A stretch of DNA of 63,904 nucleotides, counting the filler, from Blastocystis sp. subtype 4 (taxonomy: Eukaryota): assembly GCF_000743755.1 (NCBI RefSeq). It is 3 parts of 3 records of this genome, joined end to end, with 100 filler letters (N's around TTAATTAATTAA, not from the genome) between each part and the next. Parts side by side here need not be neighbours in the genome. Positions count along the whole stretch, not along the records: positions 21,964 to 43,765 come from NW_014569365.1; 2 more parts are not named here. One strand, 5' to 3'. Position 1 is the first letter of the stretch; every line of letters begins with the position of its first letter. A program made the translations under genes and the position numbers. Below are positions 25,542-38,395 of the stretch, in pieces. The notes under the pieces were generated by a model. The model did no database searches. It worked only from the letters and a program-made list of their open reading frames with translations, and was not told the origin of the DNA.

Positions 25542-27203
25542 AGATCATAGTAATTAAAGCGGTTGCTTCATGTTGATATCCTTCCAACCAAGTAATCCGA
25601 ATCACACCATCTTCATATTGCACATGAACAGTATCTTGTTTAGCTTCTAATTGGCTCATAATCTCCTTCGCTTTCTCAGTAGTACATGGTAATGTCACAG
25701 CATTCCACAGAGGAACTGCAACTCCATCTTCTAAATACGCTCTCCCATTCTCACAACGTAACATTTGCTCTATACACAAGCGTTTCTCTCCTTCTCTTCG
25801 TACATGCACTGCTTGTTTCAAAGACATTCGTACTCGTTGGGCTTCTGGAATGTATTGAACAGTTCGTCCGTTCTCTGGCATTAACAACAGAGGACTCTCC
25901 TTATGGCTGGTTAGGTAATATTTGATAAAACCCGCACAATTGTTCTTATCTCCATGAATTAGGACTACACTCTGGGGATGACTTCGCTCGATCAGACGAA
26001 TATTTGTCTTGCGGTCTGGATGAGCTGAAAACGGTATTACAACCCGATTACAAAGAACGGGAGTTTCACCATTTAATTTTGCGCCTTCTTTTAGCATCTG
26101 CCCAATGAAGGATTCGGGACTGTTTTGGCCAAGGAATATAACAGTGTTGAGAGGGTTTGAAGCGAATCGTTCAAACGCTGTTCTGGACACACCTGTAGTC
26201 ATAGTAGCTGAAGAAGCAAAAAGAATGAAGGGATTTGGCGAATCCAGAAAATCAGTGCGAAACTGCTGGATAGTTTCCGATTTGCTGGATAAGGTTCCAG
26301 AAACCCATGTAGAGAAGAACTGATACATTGGAAGCACACTGAGACTGTCTGACGAAGAACAGTAAATGGGAGCTTTCATTCCCTCTTGGAGTAATGCCTG
26401 CTGAATTAGAACGATCACTTCCTGAGTAAATCCAATAGCATAACAGGGAATTAACACTTTCCCTCGCTTTCGGATTGTTTCGATAACGATGTGAACTAGT
26501 TCCGTCTGCCTAGTTTTGAAGGACTTAAAATCTGTGTTTCCATAGGTACATTCCATAATCAACATATCCAGACGATTGGGCAACAAGAAGTGCTGAGGGA
26601 GCTGATAGGATGGAATAAACTTCGTCCCATCTTCACTGTAATCTCCTGTATAAAGAATGGTTCGGTCATCAATCTGCACTTCCCACATAACGGCCCCAAG
26701 TACATGACCTGCAATATGAGCTGTAACGCGCAATCGATCATCTAAAATTAAACAGAACAACAGGATGTACTGATTTGCACTGTTTGTCTCACAGCCACTT
26801 CCTTTATCCGTTTTACAAGGTTTGCAAAGAGTTCCATTGTCACCGTTGTCTGCATCTGCATCTGACTTGAGATCAACGAACGATTGTTTTTCAATAGAAG
26901 AGGGAGAATAGCTCGTGTAGGTCCGGATGCTAAAATATCTCCTTTATACTTGAGTTGTTCAGTGAGATACACCAATCCACCAATATGATCCATATGGAAG
27001 TGCGAAATTAGTACTACCGTTATGTCCTTCACAGTAACACCCTTTGGGAGTTTGGTGAAGTCAGGGAGTCCTTTCTTGGTGTCTTTTCCTACATAACACC
27101 CACAATCCAAAAGGATATGAATGCCATTTACAGATAAAAGAAAACAACTCTTCCCAATACTCTGACCTGCTCCAAGAACCGTCAAACGAATCCCCTCTGA
27201 CAT
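25542..27203 (-). CDS. INTS11: Metallo-beta-lactamase/beta-CASP RNA endonuclease, INTS11/CPSF73-II-like
   Basis: LGAGQSIGKSC, LLDCG, SHFHMDHIGGL, AGHVLGA, YTGDYS, ECTYG, FSAHPD, LIHGD; one ~30-nt intron near 26742-26771; genomic stop at 25516, predicted poly(A) stop at T25542. Confidence 0.8.
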
Positions 27204-27255
27204 TGGGAACAGATTGAGGGAGTTCTTTTAAGAATCAAATCTAGAAAAGAAAAGT

Positions 27256-27328
27256 TGGAGGAGAGGGGCATCGATCCCCTTACCTCTCGCATGCTAAGCG
27301 AGCGCTCTACCATCTGAGCTACACCCCC
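27256..27328 (-). tRNA. tRNA-Ala(AGC)
   Basis: GGGGGTGTAGCTCAGATGGTAGAGCGCTCGCTTAGCATGCGAGAGGTAAGGGGATCGATGCCCCTCTCCTCCA; cloverleaf, AGC anticodon, downstream T-run. Confidence 0.95.
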
Positions 27329-27594
27329 TTCCTACTAATATCCTAAAGATCGGTTTATAAACTATCTTCTAGGCTTTTTCCGATGAATTGATTATTCGTT
27401 TCTAGCTATCAATGTGAAGAATACAATTTAACCTCAATTTACTACCAAAACACAGATGAACGAATTGCATTCCGAATTGTGGAAAAGTGTTAAGTGGTTG
27501 CACTATTTCTTTTAATGAGCTGGAATAATTCGTTCATCGAATCATCTTTCTTCGTAACTCTCATGGTGTCTAATCCAGTATTATCTTGTGAGCC

Positions 27595-29268
27595 ATGAAC
27601 TTCGTAATGTAGAGATGTACGAATTTGATTTAATTAACTAGTGCTTTGTTGATTGCAACTGCTCTTGCTTACCCAAAGTTCCCAGAATATTACAAGGCTA
27701 ATGTCACCGTGACTCTGCCTTATGCTGATTTCGTGGAGCCTATTTTCGTTTACTATGATGGACCTGCCAAGAAGGCTCGTTTTGATTACTGTATGTAAAC
27801 TAATTTGGATTGATCGTAGATGGTGGTGTGAACCGTTTCTTCTATGATATGAACAAGGAGGTTGGTTATGCGATTGTAATTGTTTTCGTGTTAGGTAAGT
27901 TATAGGTGCCTGTGATTGCATACGAGACCTGTTTCAACATCCACAAGGATGACGTTTCTCTGAATTCGATCCTTCCTGATCTTGAAGGTTTTGAGCTTCA
28001 GGAAAAGACTGAGAAGATCGGTGAGCACACTTGCCGTGTTTGGTACTATGAGGAGAAGAATGGCGAGAAGCTGAATAAGTATTGGTACTATGAGTAATGT
28101 TTCTGGAGTGGACATGATGAATAGGGATATTGGCAACTTCAAGCCTGTTCGTTTCTACATGGTTGGATACAACACCGTCCTTCATTCTCATTTTGACGAG
28201 TACATTTATGATTACATCAGTGTGGACTATGTGAAGCCTGCCCCTGAGGACTTCGAAGAGCCCGAAAAGCAGTGGACTTGCATTGATTTCCCTGGACCTG
28301 GTTCTGTTGTTGGTGATTCTCACAAGTTCCTTGCCACCCGTTTCCCTCAGACTGGTAATGCTCAGTTCAGACGATTCCTTCGTAACCACCACAAGAGCTA
28401 CAAGGGCAGAGAATACCAAAGACGCAAGATGAACTTCCTCCGTAACAAGGCGTACATTGAAAAGGTAAATAGCGAGAACCGTAGCTACAAGCTTCGTCTG
28501 AATCATCTGGCTGATAAGTCAGATGCCGAGCTTCGTGCTATGTTGGGACTGAAGAGAAGCAACAATAAGGACTACAAGAACCACCGTCATATGATGAGCA
28601 ATGCTGTGAAGCCTGACTTTGTGGACTGGAGAGAGAAGGGTGCTGTGACTCCTGTGAAGGATCAGTGCATGTGTGGTAGCTGCTGGAGCTATGGAACCAC
28701 CGGTGTGCTGGAGGGACAGTACTTCCTCAAGTATGGTAAGCTTCTCAAGTTCTCCGAGCAGAACTTGGTGGACTGTTCATGGAACTTTGGTAATGATGGC
28801 TGTAATGGAGGTGAAGATTTCCGTGCTTATGGTTGGATGCTTCACAATGGCGGTCTGATGGAGGATTCTGCCTACGGTCACTATTTGGGTATTGATGGCT
28901 GGTGCCACTTCAACAAGACAGCTGCTGCTGTCAAGATCACTGACTACGTGCTGACCACTCCCTTCTCCATTGAGGAGTTGGAGGATGCTGTTGCTAACGT
29001 GGGTCCCATCTCTGTGGGAGTGGCTGTGAACAAGGACTTCTTGTTCTATGCTGAGGGAGTGTTTGATGATCCTTCTTGCTCTTCGGCTGTCGAGGACCAG
29101 GCTCATGCTGTGCTGGCTGTTGGTTACGGAACTGAGAACGGAAAGGACTATTGGCTCATCAAGAACTCTTGGTCTACTCATTGGGGTGATGAGGGTTATA
29201 TCAAGATTGCTAGAAAGAATAACATCTGCGGTGTAGCCACGAGCCCTTCGTATCCTATTCTTGCTTAA
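27595..29268 (+). CDS. Secreted papain-family (C1A) cysteine protease of the 26/29-kDa proteinase/CfaD type
   Basis: Signal peptide; N-domain LPYADFVEP..YYD...RFDYYGG; I29-like prodomain; catalytic QCMCGSCW, HAV, KNSW; TAA at 29266-29268; motif at 29278-29285. Confidence 0.92.
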
Positions 29269-29337
29269 GAAGCGATGTGTTTGTTAGACACAATCTTTCT
29301 CTAACCTTCTCTGAATTATTCTTAGTTGTATTAGAGA

Positions 29338-32144
29338 ATGGTTTTAAGTGATGTACAATCCATTGTTTGGTTTAACTGTGTAGGATCCTCATCTTCTGTA
29401 TGAGGACTTAGAATCGGTAGCTAGGATTTATATTTTGGTTTAGAGCATAGAAAAATGCCGATCTGCAACAGCAAGTTGAGGATCAGCGTAAGGTTATCGA
29501 GAAACTCACTGTAGGGATTTCTCTTTTAATTGGTTGCTAATTTCCATAGAAAGAGTTATCGGACGTTCAGGAGAAGAGTAGTTTGTACTGTTCTAGGATC
29601 ATTACTGCTGGTCAATTGCTCAACGAGAAAAAACATGAACATGAAGTCTACTCTATATGTTTTTAATGATAGATAGGAACTAAATCAAAAGTATGAACAA
29701 TTACTTAAGGAGTATAAAGAGAGGGTATATTTGAATCATTGGAGTATAACAATGTAGATAAAAAGTGATGAAGAGAAAGTAGAATCTTTGGAAAAGTTAA
29801 TCGCTTCCAAAGAAGAGGAATCCGAAGCCAAAGAGAGAAAGATAAAAAGCTTAAATGAACGGATTGAGGCACTTCTTGTGTCTTCTGTGGAAGAAACACA
29901 AAAACGAAATCAGCTGCAATCTCGTTGTGAAATGATGGAAAACTCTTTACTAGCACTTCAAAACGGTAATAGTGGTGAACCTGTTTCTCCAGTCCCTGGA
30001 TTGTCAATATTGAGTTCATCTGCTCTCTATGATCTTCTTGCTGAGACACAAGAGAAGGTGGAGGATCTTCAGACCCAGCTGAGTTCACTTGATAAGGAGT
30101 ATGCTAAGGTACGTTCAGATTGATTCTATCATGATTAGGTCTGTTCTAAATGCGATTCCATTCTGTCAGAATACCAAGATCACAAACAACAGTACGAGGA
30201 GGCCCTTTTGCGTGATAATGAACTACAGGCGTTAACTCGTGTTTTGCAGAATAAGCTTATCCAATCAGAAACTCGCTTTGTGGAATTGTCGGAATCTGCT
30301 AAAGGATCAGGAGTCATTGATCAACAGAGGATCAGTCTTTTAACTGAGAGTAATCAACGCCTTTTAGAGGTACTGAGAACTTGCACTGGACTCCAACAGA
30401 TTCCATTTGTTGGTACAGGCAACGTACTGATTGAATATGCTGATAACTGATAGTATTTATCTCAATTAGAAGCGAAATACACTCAGGCAATTCATTCTCT
30501 TCATGAAGAACGAGCCAAACGTCGAATTGCTGAGAATGAGTTGGCTGAATTGAATGGAGAATACGAGCGCTTGACTATCAACTATCACAAGCTCGTGAAT
30601 CCAGTCGAGCAGTTGGAGTGTGATGTAGCAATGCAACAGGAACCTGATATTGTGATTGTGCGAGCTGCTCTTACTGAGAAATTGCACCATTTAATGGAAC
30701 TCAGTACGCAGTTGGAGGAACGAGAGAAGGAACATGACCAGGATCGAAAGAAACTAGCAGCTGGGTATGAACAGATTATCACACTGAAGGAATTGTTGGC
30801 AAAGCAGGATAGTGTAGGAGAGGATTGAGTGTTCCATACTAGGAGATCCAGCAACAGGTCAGTCGATCGCAGCTTATGGAGAATGAGTTGAAGCTGAAGC
30901 AGGAAGAGTTAGAGCGACTTAGTAGTTCGATGGAAGAGGAAGTTAATAAGCTTCAGAAGGTAGGATAAGAGATTCGGGTTGATCGATAGAAGTGTACAAA
31001 GGAAGTGACTTCTCGTGATGCTCGGATTCAGGAGTTAACTGATCGATTGAATCAGAGTGAAACTTTGAATGGAGAATTACAAACTTCAGCGAACATGAGA
31101 TCCAAGCAAGCAGATACACAAATCCACCAATTGGAGAAGAAAGTAGCTGAGAAAGAGGAACAATGTGAGAAATGGCAATCAGAGTGTAAGGAGATTTGTA
31201 CAAAGATTCTCACGCTGTCGTATTCACTATGTGATCTCTGTTCGAATCACTCAATTGAACCAACACTGTGTGATCAAGTTTTACGTTTAGCAAGTCATTT
31301 GGGAAGTGTTACAATCAGTCTTCGTTTAACTAGGGATATCAAGCAAGTGATCGATGACACTGCATCCTTAGTGGAACAGGGTATTGACTTATATCTTGTG
31401 AATAGTGAAAATGATGCCAAGAAGAAGAATGAGGAGCAACAACAATCAATTCGAGAATTAGAGGACCAAGTTCGGACACTTCGTTCACATGTTCAACAAT
31501 TGGAAGGATATGATGCAACACTCAATACTATGATCTCTTTTGATACCAATAATCCCTCAGATGTTACAAATGATACTTCGTCTATCGCTTATTGGAAGAA
31601 ACAGACAGAGACATTGACATCCACCAATCAGATTCTTTTACGCCAGATTGACGAATTATCGGCATGTGTCCAATCTTCTCTTAACCAAACACAGTCTATT
31701 GAGCTCATAGATTCCAACGATCCTGCTGTTCTCCGAGCTCAGCTCCAGAGGCAGCATTCTGCTGCTGTCCTGTGGTCAACACATGCAGAGCAGTTAGAAG
31801 TATTGTTACGAGAAAGCGGAAACAATCAAAGTAGTCTTACTGATTACGAACTTCTTATCTTAAACACGGTTATCGATGGTTTGCTATCCTATGTGATGGA
31901 TCGTCTCGTGTTGGATCTGGATTTACAAGTTTCGTTAGAGACTCTTGAAGAAGAATACATTGTGAATGTCCGTCAGTTGGAGGGACGGGAACCTACTCTG
32001 ATGGAAACGAAATTGTATGCAGTTCAACGGATTATTGAAGCTTCGGTGACGTGGCTTTTGGACTCCAAGTATGAATTGGAAATGGAAGTGGGAGCAGAAC
32101 ACGACCGTCGTTGTGAAGTGGAAATGTTACTACAAAGGAAGTGA
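29338..32144 (+). CDS. Long coiled-coil protein of unknown function, multi-exon
   Basis: Successive E/Q/L-rich heptad ORFs (29788-30123, 30208-30450, 30541-30828, 31005-32144) separated by short GT-AG introns; TGA then motif at 32162-32169; start approximate. Confidence 0.7.
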
Positions 32145-32240
32145 ATCCTCTAGTTGAGAAGTGTTTGTTTTCAATCCTTGATAACAGCCGAATCACTTTA
32201 CATGCACTACATGTATATGATAATCTTCAGTTCCTTGAAG

Positions 32241-35200
32241 ATGGGTAATCGGAATTTCAATCCTACCTTCCATCAGATCCTGGTAATTCTGGTTATTCTC
32301 TTTCTCTGTTTTGATGTCTTCATTTACTCATCCAGTATTGTAACTGTATCATTCCCTATGTTTTATGAACAGTAGAATAGTCAAAAATATCTGAGTCACT
32401 CTCAATCTCTTTTTGTTACTACAGATATGAACAAAGAGTCTGATGGAGGGGAAGGAGAATACGAATTCCAGCCTATTGATATAGATGATGTTACTGGTAA
32501 GAATTGTGATTGGTTTTCAAGTTGTTGTATTCACATTCTATAGAGGAGGAAATGCAGTTTAAATCAACAGATTACGTCAATTATGGTATTTTACCGGACA
32601 AACAAGCTCGTCCTAAACAGACTGCTCGTTTTTATTTCACAAGTTATTTCATTCTTAGCCAAGTCAGGTATTTCTTTATCTATTATTTCCTACATTGATG
32701 TGAATAGTTTGCGTTATTTATCTTTTGACGGGGCTCTACGAGTAATAGTGGTTGAAATTTTATGATAATAGACAATTTTCAAACAGTATGATGATTTGCT
32801 ATTAATTCTTGAATCCTCTTCAACTATCTGTGTGACGTATTAGAAGGAATATAGGATGATTTGTAGAGTCACAGATCTTTTTTCGTTTAAGAAGTGGTAT
32901 TCAGCAGCAAGCCAAGAGAAACAGATGATAATCCAGAGAATTGTTAGAAATGACCAGGTACACTTTATCATATCTTTTGAGTTAGATTGTCTTCAATGCC
33001 GGATTGTGGTCATTGATGAATATCTCAATAACGCATTATCATGATCTTATTGAGTCTATCTCAGCTGGTCAATACTGGATTCAATCCACATTCAATCTGA
33101 CGGTGACAACTGGATTCATTCTTGGTGATTACATTTATCCCTCAAGTCTTCTCGAAGTACTGAAACAGGCTGGACTCACACATCTGGTGATTCATCACAT
33201 GGCCAGTAATTCTCCTTATTACGACTCAACTAATCCATTGCGACATTTATTTGCTGAAGGTGGTGTAGACTCAGATAGTGCCCAATCCAAGCCTTCTGTT
33301 TATTTATGGAAAGATTCCCCTTCGTCATCCTCATATCTTCGAATCACGCACACTTATCAACAGCACTCCAACATCCTCGCAAATCTTGTCAATATTCGAT
33401 GTCGTTGCACAGATAGAGAGTTCTGTTTGATAGTTGGACTCATTGGTAGAAAGGAGAATGTAGACATCTGGACTGATGAGTTGGTCCGCTGGGTCAATAC
33501 ACAGACCTCTCCTCAACATCCAAACGGAGGAAATGTGATAATGATGTGGAATATTCAGAGTTCAACATGTTTGACACTTTCCAAGGCTTTTTCTGCATTG
33601 GTACAAATACAACGGTATTTGTCATCCTTTCCTTCTTATCCAGTATCAGTTACGTAGTCTTGATATTCAAGGATTACTGAACAGATTATCATCTATCTCC
33701 TACTATTCCTCACAATTAGAGGAATCTAAATTACCGGTCATATTTGGTTCTGTAACTCCCTTTTTCGTAAGAGGTTCAAACGTTCACCATGAGATTGGTC
33801 CGTATTCGAATCAACCCAAGTTCAAGCGATCTCTTCGTCATGCTCTGTCTGTAATTCAGTCTGCTGAGACTCTCGTTGCAACTGTCCTTCATCAGACACC
33901 CAAAGTCACATCTCAGACACTGCGTAAGGCAACATTAGGGCTTCATGCAGCTCGTGAAGAATTGCTGATAGGATTAGGAAGGTATTTCTTGGGAGGAACA
34001 GCAATCAAGGCGAATCTGAATGAGGTGGAGAAACAGATTCGTCATTCACTTCACATTGTGAGTGAAGTTGTTCACAGTTTGTTTACAGATTGCTATGGGG
34101 TGGATTTAGGGTTGGATGATCATGAAGTTGATGTGAGAGGAAGTGTCTTTGATAACTCTTTGCAAATGAACAGTTTGAGTGAACAAGTCGTTTTATTTGT
34201 GTTTAACCCTCATTCACACCCAATGAACACGATTATGAAGATTTCTGTTGGATTTCCTGCCATCTGTGCCTTCTCGGAGTCAGATCAGTTGATTCGTCAA
34301 CAAGTGTACAGTGATATTGACCAGGGAATCTTGTTGATTCTTCCTATTGAAGTTTCTCCTCTTTCTTCTCGTGTGATCGTACTTCGGCATTGTAAGAACA
34401 ACACAGAGTATCGAACACGAACAATGGGGCTTAGGAAGGAGAAGGCTATTGTGGTTGAATCAGCCCATGGGGTCATCTTAGACTCTCAAGGTGAAATGGA
34501 GTCGTTGACAGATGGAAATGAAACCTTCCCATTCAGGAGCTATGTGGGGCAATACCGTGGATCTGACGTGCGTGCATGTCGTACTGGACAGTAAGTCCTT
34601 ATTCTTGAATTCCAATAATAGTCGTGTTTTCTGTCCAGTCTCTGTTTCGCAGAGAAGAGAGACCAATATGGTTCTGGGATCAGTATTCGTTTTATCTCTC
34701 TGTGATGTATAGCATTTGCTGTCCTTCTTACCTCGATCGAATCATCCTCGTATCCGTGTTCACGAGGGACTGGTTATGACAGAAGTGGAACAACGATATG
34801 GGAACTCCATGATGGTTATAACTCGCATGTTTAAGAATTCAGGTATATGGCGTAGTTCATGGGAACAAGAGTTGCTGATTGATCAGATGGACATCTCAGC
34901 AGAGATAGTAATTCGCTATTCAATGGATTCTTCTAAAGTGAGTGTTGATGAGGGAGGTCGAGGTAGTTCGGGTATTGAGAACAAGAGAGGAAGTCCTGGA
35001 GGTGAGACTGGATTCTTGTTCTGATCTATAGAGAATTATTATCCTGTGAACAGTCATGTTGTACTGTCTGATCAGTATCATCTCTTCACAGACCGATTAC
35101 ATGCTGGAGGTTTGGTTACAAATGAATTTGAATTTATTGTACGTCGTAGCACACACTTTGCGGATATTATTGATTATCCTGAACCCAGTACAAATGTTTG

Positions 35201-35892
35201 GGAGAAGGAACACCATCTAGCCCTCCGTCATGAACTTAAGTTTGCTCCTACAACAAATCACAGACATTTGAAGGAGGGGAGGCATTCTATGTCTCAGTAT
35301 CATCGTTTCTTCTGGATGCTGTATAATAATTGTGAACCAGACAAACAGAATCTCCGTGTTGAAGATGATCTCACGTTCTCTCTGGATCCTCAACATATTT
35401 GGATTGTGAAGGATTTGGATAAGAAGCAAGAAAAGAGGTTGGAAAGAAACGAAAGAATGATTGATAGAGCAGAACGCGAATTAGAGGCTGATTTGGTGGT
35501 ATTGAGTATGTTGGAGGATCGAAAGGAGAACCAGGGAAACCAGAAACGACAAAAGATTCAAGAGGCTTTATCTCTTATACAAGATGACGTGTTACCGTGG
35601 TATATTGATATTCTTAGTGTTAGTAGACCTTTTGTGCTGATGGATGGGTTGGTTGTTCGATTTGAGAATCTGCTATCAGAGGATTCGAAAATGGAATCTG
35701 CGATAAATGTGTGTAATCTATTTTTAAAGCGAGTGGTGACTGTACTGTTTGTGTTTGTGGAATAATATATAGAGAGTAGTTGAAGTGGACATTTCAGGCT
35801 TAGCAGCTATTAAGACTAAACAACATTTGGATTGTCATTCTTTGCTTCTTATGCCTGGAACAATTCATACTTATCACTTTTTCTTCGAGTAG
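32241..35892 (+). CDS. Degenerate GH38 alpha-mannosidase-like type II membrane protein (probably inactive)
   Basis: N-terminal TM; FKKWY...IQRIVRNDQ, DEY..THYHDLIESISAGQYWIQSTF, VFNPHSH, NYYPVNS, FTDRLHAGG...EFIVRR follow the GH38 layout; ends TAG 35890-35892. Confidence 0.65.
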
Positions 35893-35894
35893 AT

Positions 35895-35910
35895 TGTTTG
35901 TTAACAAATA
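35895..35910. terminator. Back-to-back 3' motifs forming a near-palindrome between convergent genes
   Basis: TGTTTGTT|AACAAATA, each 4 nt from an in-frame T (35890 on +, 35915 on -). Confidence 0.8.
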
Positions 35911-35914
35911 CTGT

Positions 35915-36401
35915 ATCCATTCCCTTCGGCTATAAACCCATTAATATCATTTCTACACATCACAGAAATACAATTTGAATACAATAATTTCTTGAGTTCG
36001 CCTGTCTACACATGATCACCAACTTTGGTTCCTACTCGTTCTTGAATTGTATTTCTTGTCTGTAGTAGCTGTTCTCTCCGATCCATAATATCATCTTCTC
36101 CTTCTTTCTCTCCTTCTGCATTATGGGTTTTCATTACATGAGCCCTATCTATGACAATACATTACAAAATCCACTTTAGAATTGCATCGCAGTGTCGATG
36201 GAAGACTTCATCGTCCTTTCGCCGATACTCCACAAATCGATTCATGATCTCGTCTCTGTTTCTTCCAAATGCTTGCATATCTCCGCTATCGAACGACCGT
36301 TCAACACTTTGGAGTTCCTTCTCAATCTCATCTAGAAACACGATTTCTTCCACTTCTTGGGATGTAAATCGATTACTATGATCCTCCTGATCCTGCTCCA
36401 T
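35915..36401 (-). CDS. Small helical hypothetical protein, 4 exons
   Basis: MEQDQEDH...; ~30-nt introns give ...QERTGELKKLLNDINGFIAEGNG then T|ACAG TATTTGTT. Confidence 0.6.
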
Positions 36402-36440
36402 GATGACTTTCGGACCAACAAACAGGAAATGCAATTAGTC

Positions 36441-38221
36441 TTAACACAAAATGTACTTCCTGAACAACGCATCAATTCCGCCCAGCATTTCATCTTTTTC
36501 ACCCAAACCAATTCCCTCCATACTCAACACCTATTGTCAGAAATCATCTCTATTCTTACCGTTTTCACATTCTCTCGTAACATTCTCAGTCCAGTACTAA
36601 AGCTCGCATCTTTATTATTCGTCTGACCGAGGTATAATGGATGATAAACAGGAGGTTCTACTTGAGGATCAGTGATCAAGGAGAAGGAGGAACGATAGTC
36701 AATAGAGAAAGGAAGAGGAATCTGTAATCATACTTCCATAAAATAGATACCATGAAATACTTGGAGAGGAGAAGAACAAGACGAGCGATGAATCCGAGAG
36801 CAATGTTCACATCTGTGGAAACTGACTTAGTATTTCCTCCTAAATTATCATACTCATTCTATTTCTACTCAGCAACATATCCTCAGGGAATTCCACACCA
36901 TTGATCACATAAGTACCAGCGATTTTATGAATGGAGAACATGAACGAGAGGAAAGCTAACAGACGGGTGCGACGGGCCCTAAGACTCTCACTGGTAGAAA
37001 CATCTTGTTGTCTAAACATGACTATCTCTCTCAATAGCTTTACTGGAGTGATAGGATGGTTTGATGCTCTTTCTCAATTACAGACTCGTAATCAGCTACA
37101 TTCTATGTATCAATTGATTCACTTAGTTTCACTCCATAGTGGTCCTGTAGATTTTGCTTCATTTGTAGAAGTTCTTCCTTCATAGAATCCAGTTCCTTCG
37201 TCTCTATCATCGCACATCTCCATTATCTTTACCTTCTGTTAAATATTGTTGCAACAACTTGTCTTCTTCACGTAACTGACGAATATCATTCATCAAACAA
37301 CGAGATTGGACGCTTGCTGCATTAATGGCCATCGGAGTAGCCATCGCATCTTCAACCATCGTTTTCATCAGCGTCATACGAGCGTCATCTTGCTTCGAGT
37401 GAGACTGCTGTAAGTACAGCTGTTGCATGGATGTCAAGGTGAAGTGGAAGTCACACTATTGAATGAGGACTAGTTTCAAAATTCTACAACAAAGGGACCA
37501 GTAGGTTCAATTGTCACTTCAGGAACATGCAGTGGTTTGAGAACACCTTTCTTGCGGAGGAAGAGACATAACTCGTGAGATGCAAAGAATCCATCTGTCA
37601 TCTGGAAGAGCACGGAGTTGAATGGAAGTGCCTGAAAATGAGACACAATACGAACAAGAACATTGAAGATGGATTCTAATATGTACTCATTAAATAAGTC
37701 GTTCAGTGTATCAATTGGCTTTAAAGGAGCAATGTATTCGAGTTCTTGGATGATCACCTTCTTTTCAATCAAAACGGTAGAATCTTTTTCCTTTTTGTTC
37801 CAAACACGCAAAATGAATTCTAAATCATATCACATTTTCCTGATCCTACCTTTTTCATTGAGATACTCTTCCACTACTTCAATAGGGCATCCCAGTTCAT
37901 TCCACTCTGGATTGATCGTATCAGCGACCACTTCAGAAGAATACACAAGGATTTCATTTCTCTTCTCAATATCTTCCATACTTTGCTCATCTACACCTCA
38001 ATATCATCTACCTAAAGTTACAACAATGAATAGTGAACGAGAGTTGGCATGTTTCCTTGATTGCATCATTCTGTATATTTCTCACGAGCACACTCCGAAG
38101 GTGAGTAAGACGACGCTAGGCGTGAGAACACAAAACACACCACTACAAGTCCAGGTAGGATCCTTCGATATGCAGTTGGAGGTAATGTGCTCGTAATCTC
38201 TTGAGCAATAGTAGAATTCAT
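36441..38221 (-). CDS. UVRAG: UVRAG/VPS38-like PI3K complex subunit (C2-like N-terminus, coiled coil, BARA2-like C-terminus)
   Basis: YSSEVVADTINPEW; coiled coil; ALGFIARLVLLLSKYF..IPLPFSIDYRSSFSLITD...HPLY...FSTGLRMLRENV; TAA at 36441; motif at 36417-36424. Confidence 0.65.
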
Positions 38222-38395
38222 GTTCCCTTTGTTATTGTTGAGAAATGGAGTGTTCGGTGAATTACGACAATGAACAGGGCTGCCGATTTCTAGCCGAACG
38301 ATTCAATATGTTAGAGTTCTGTTTCGACACATAGAAACAAACAAAGCATATTGCTCAATTGAATATAACTGATTGAGAATGTAGGATACAAGGGA

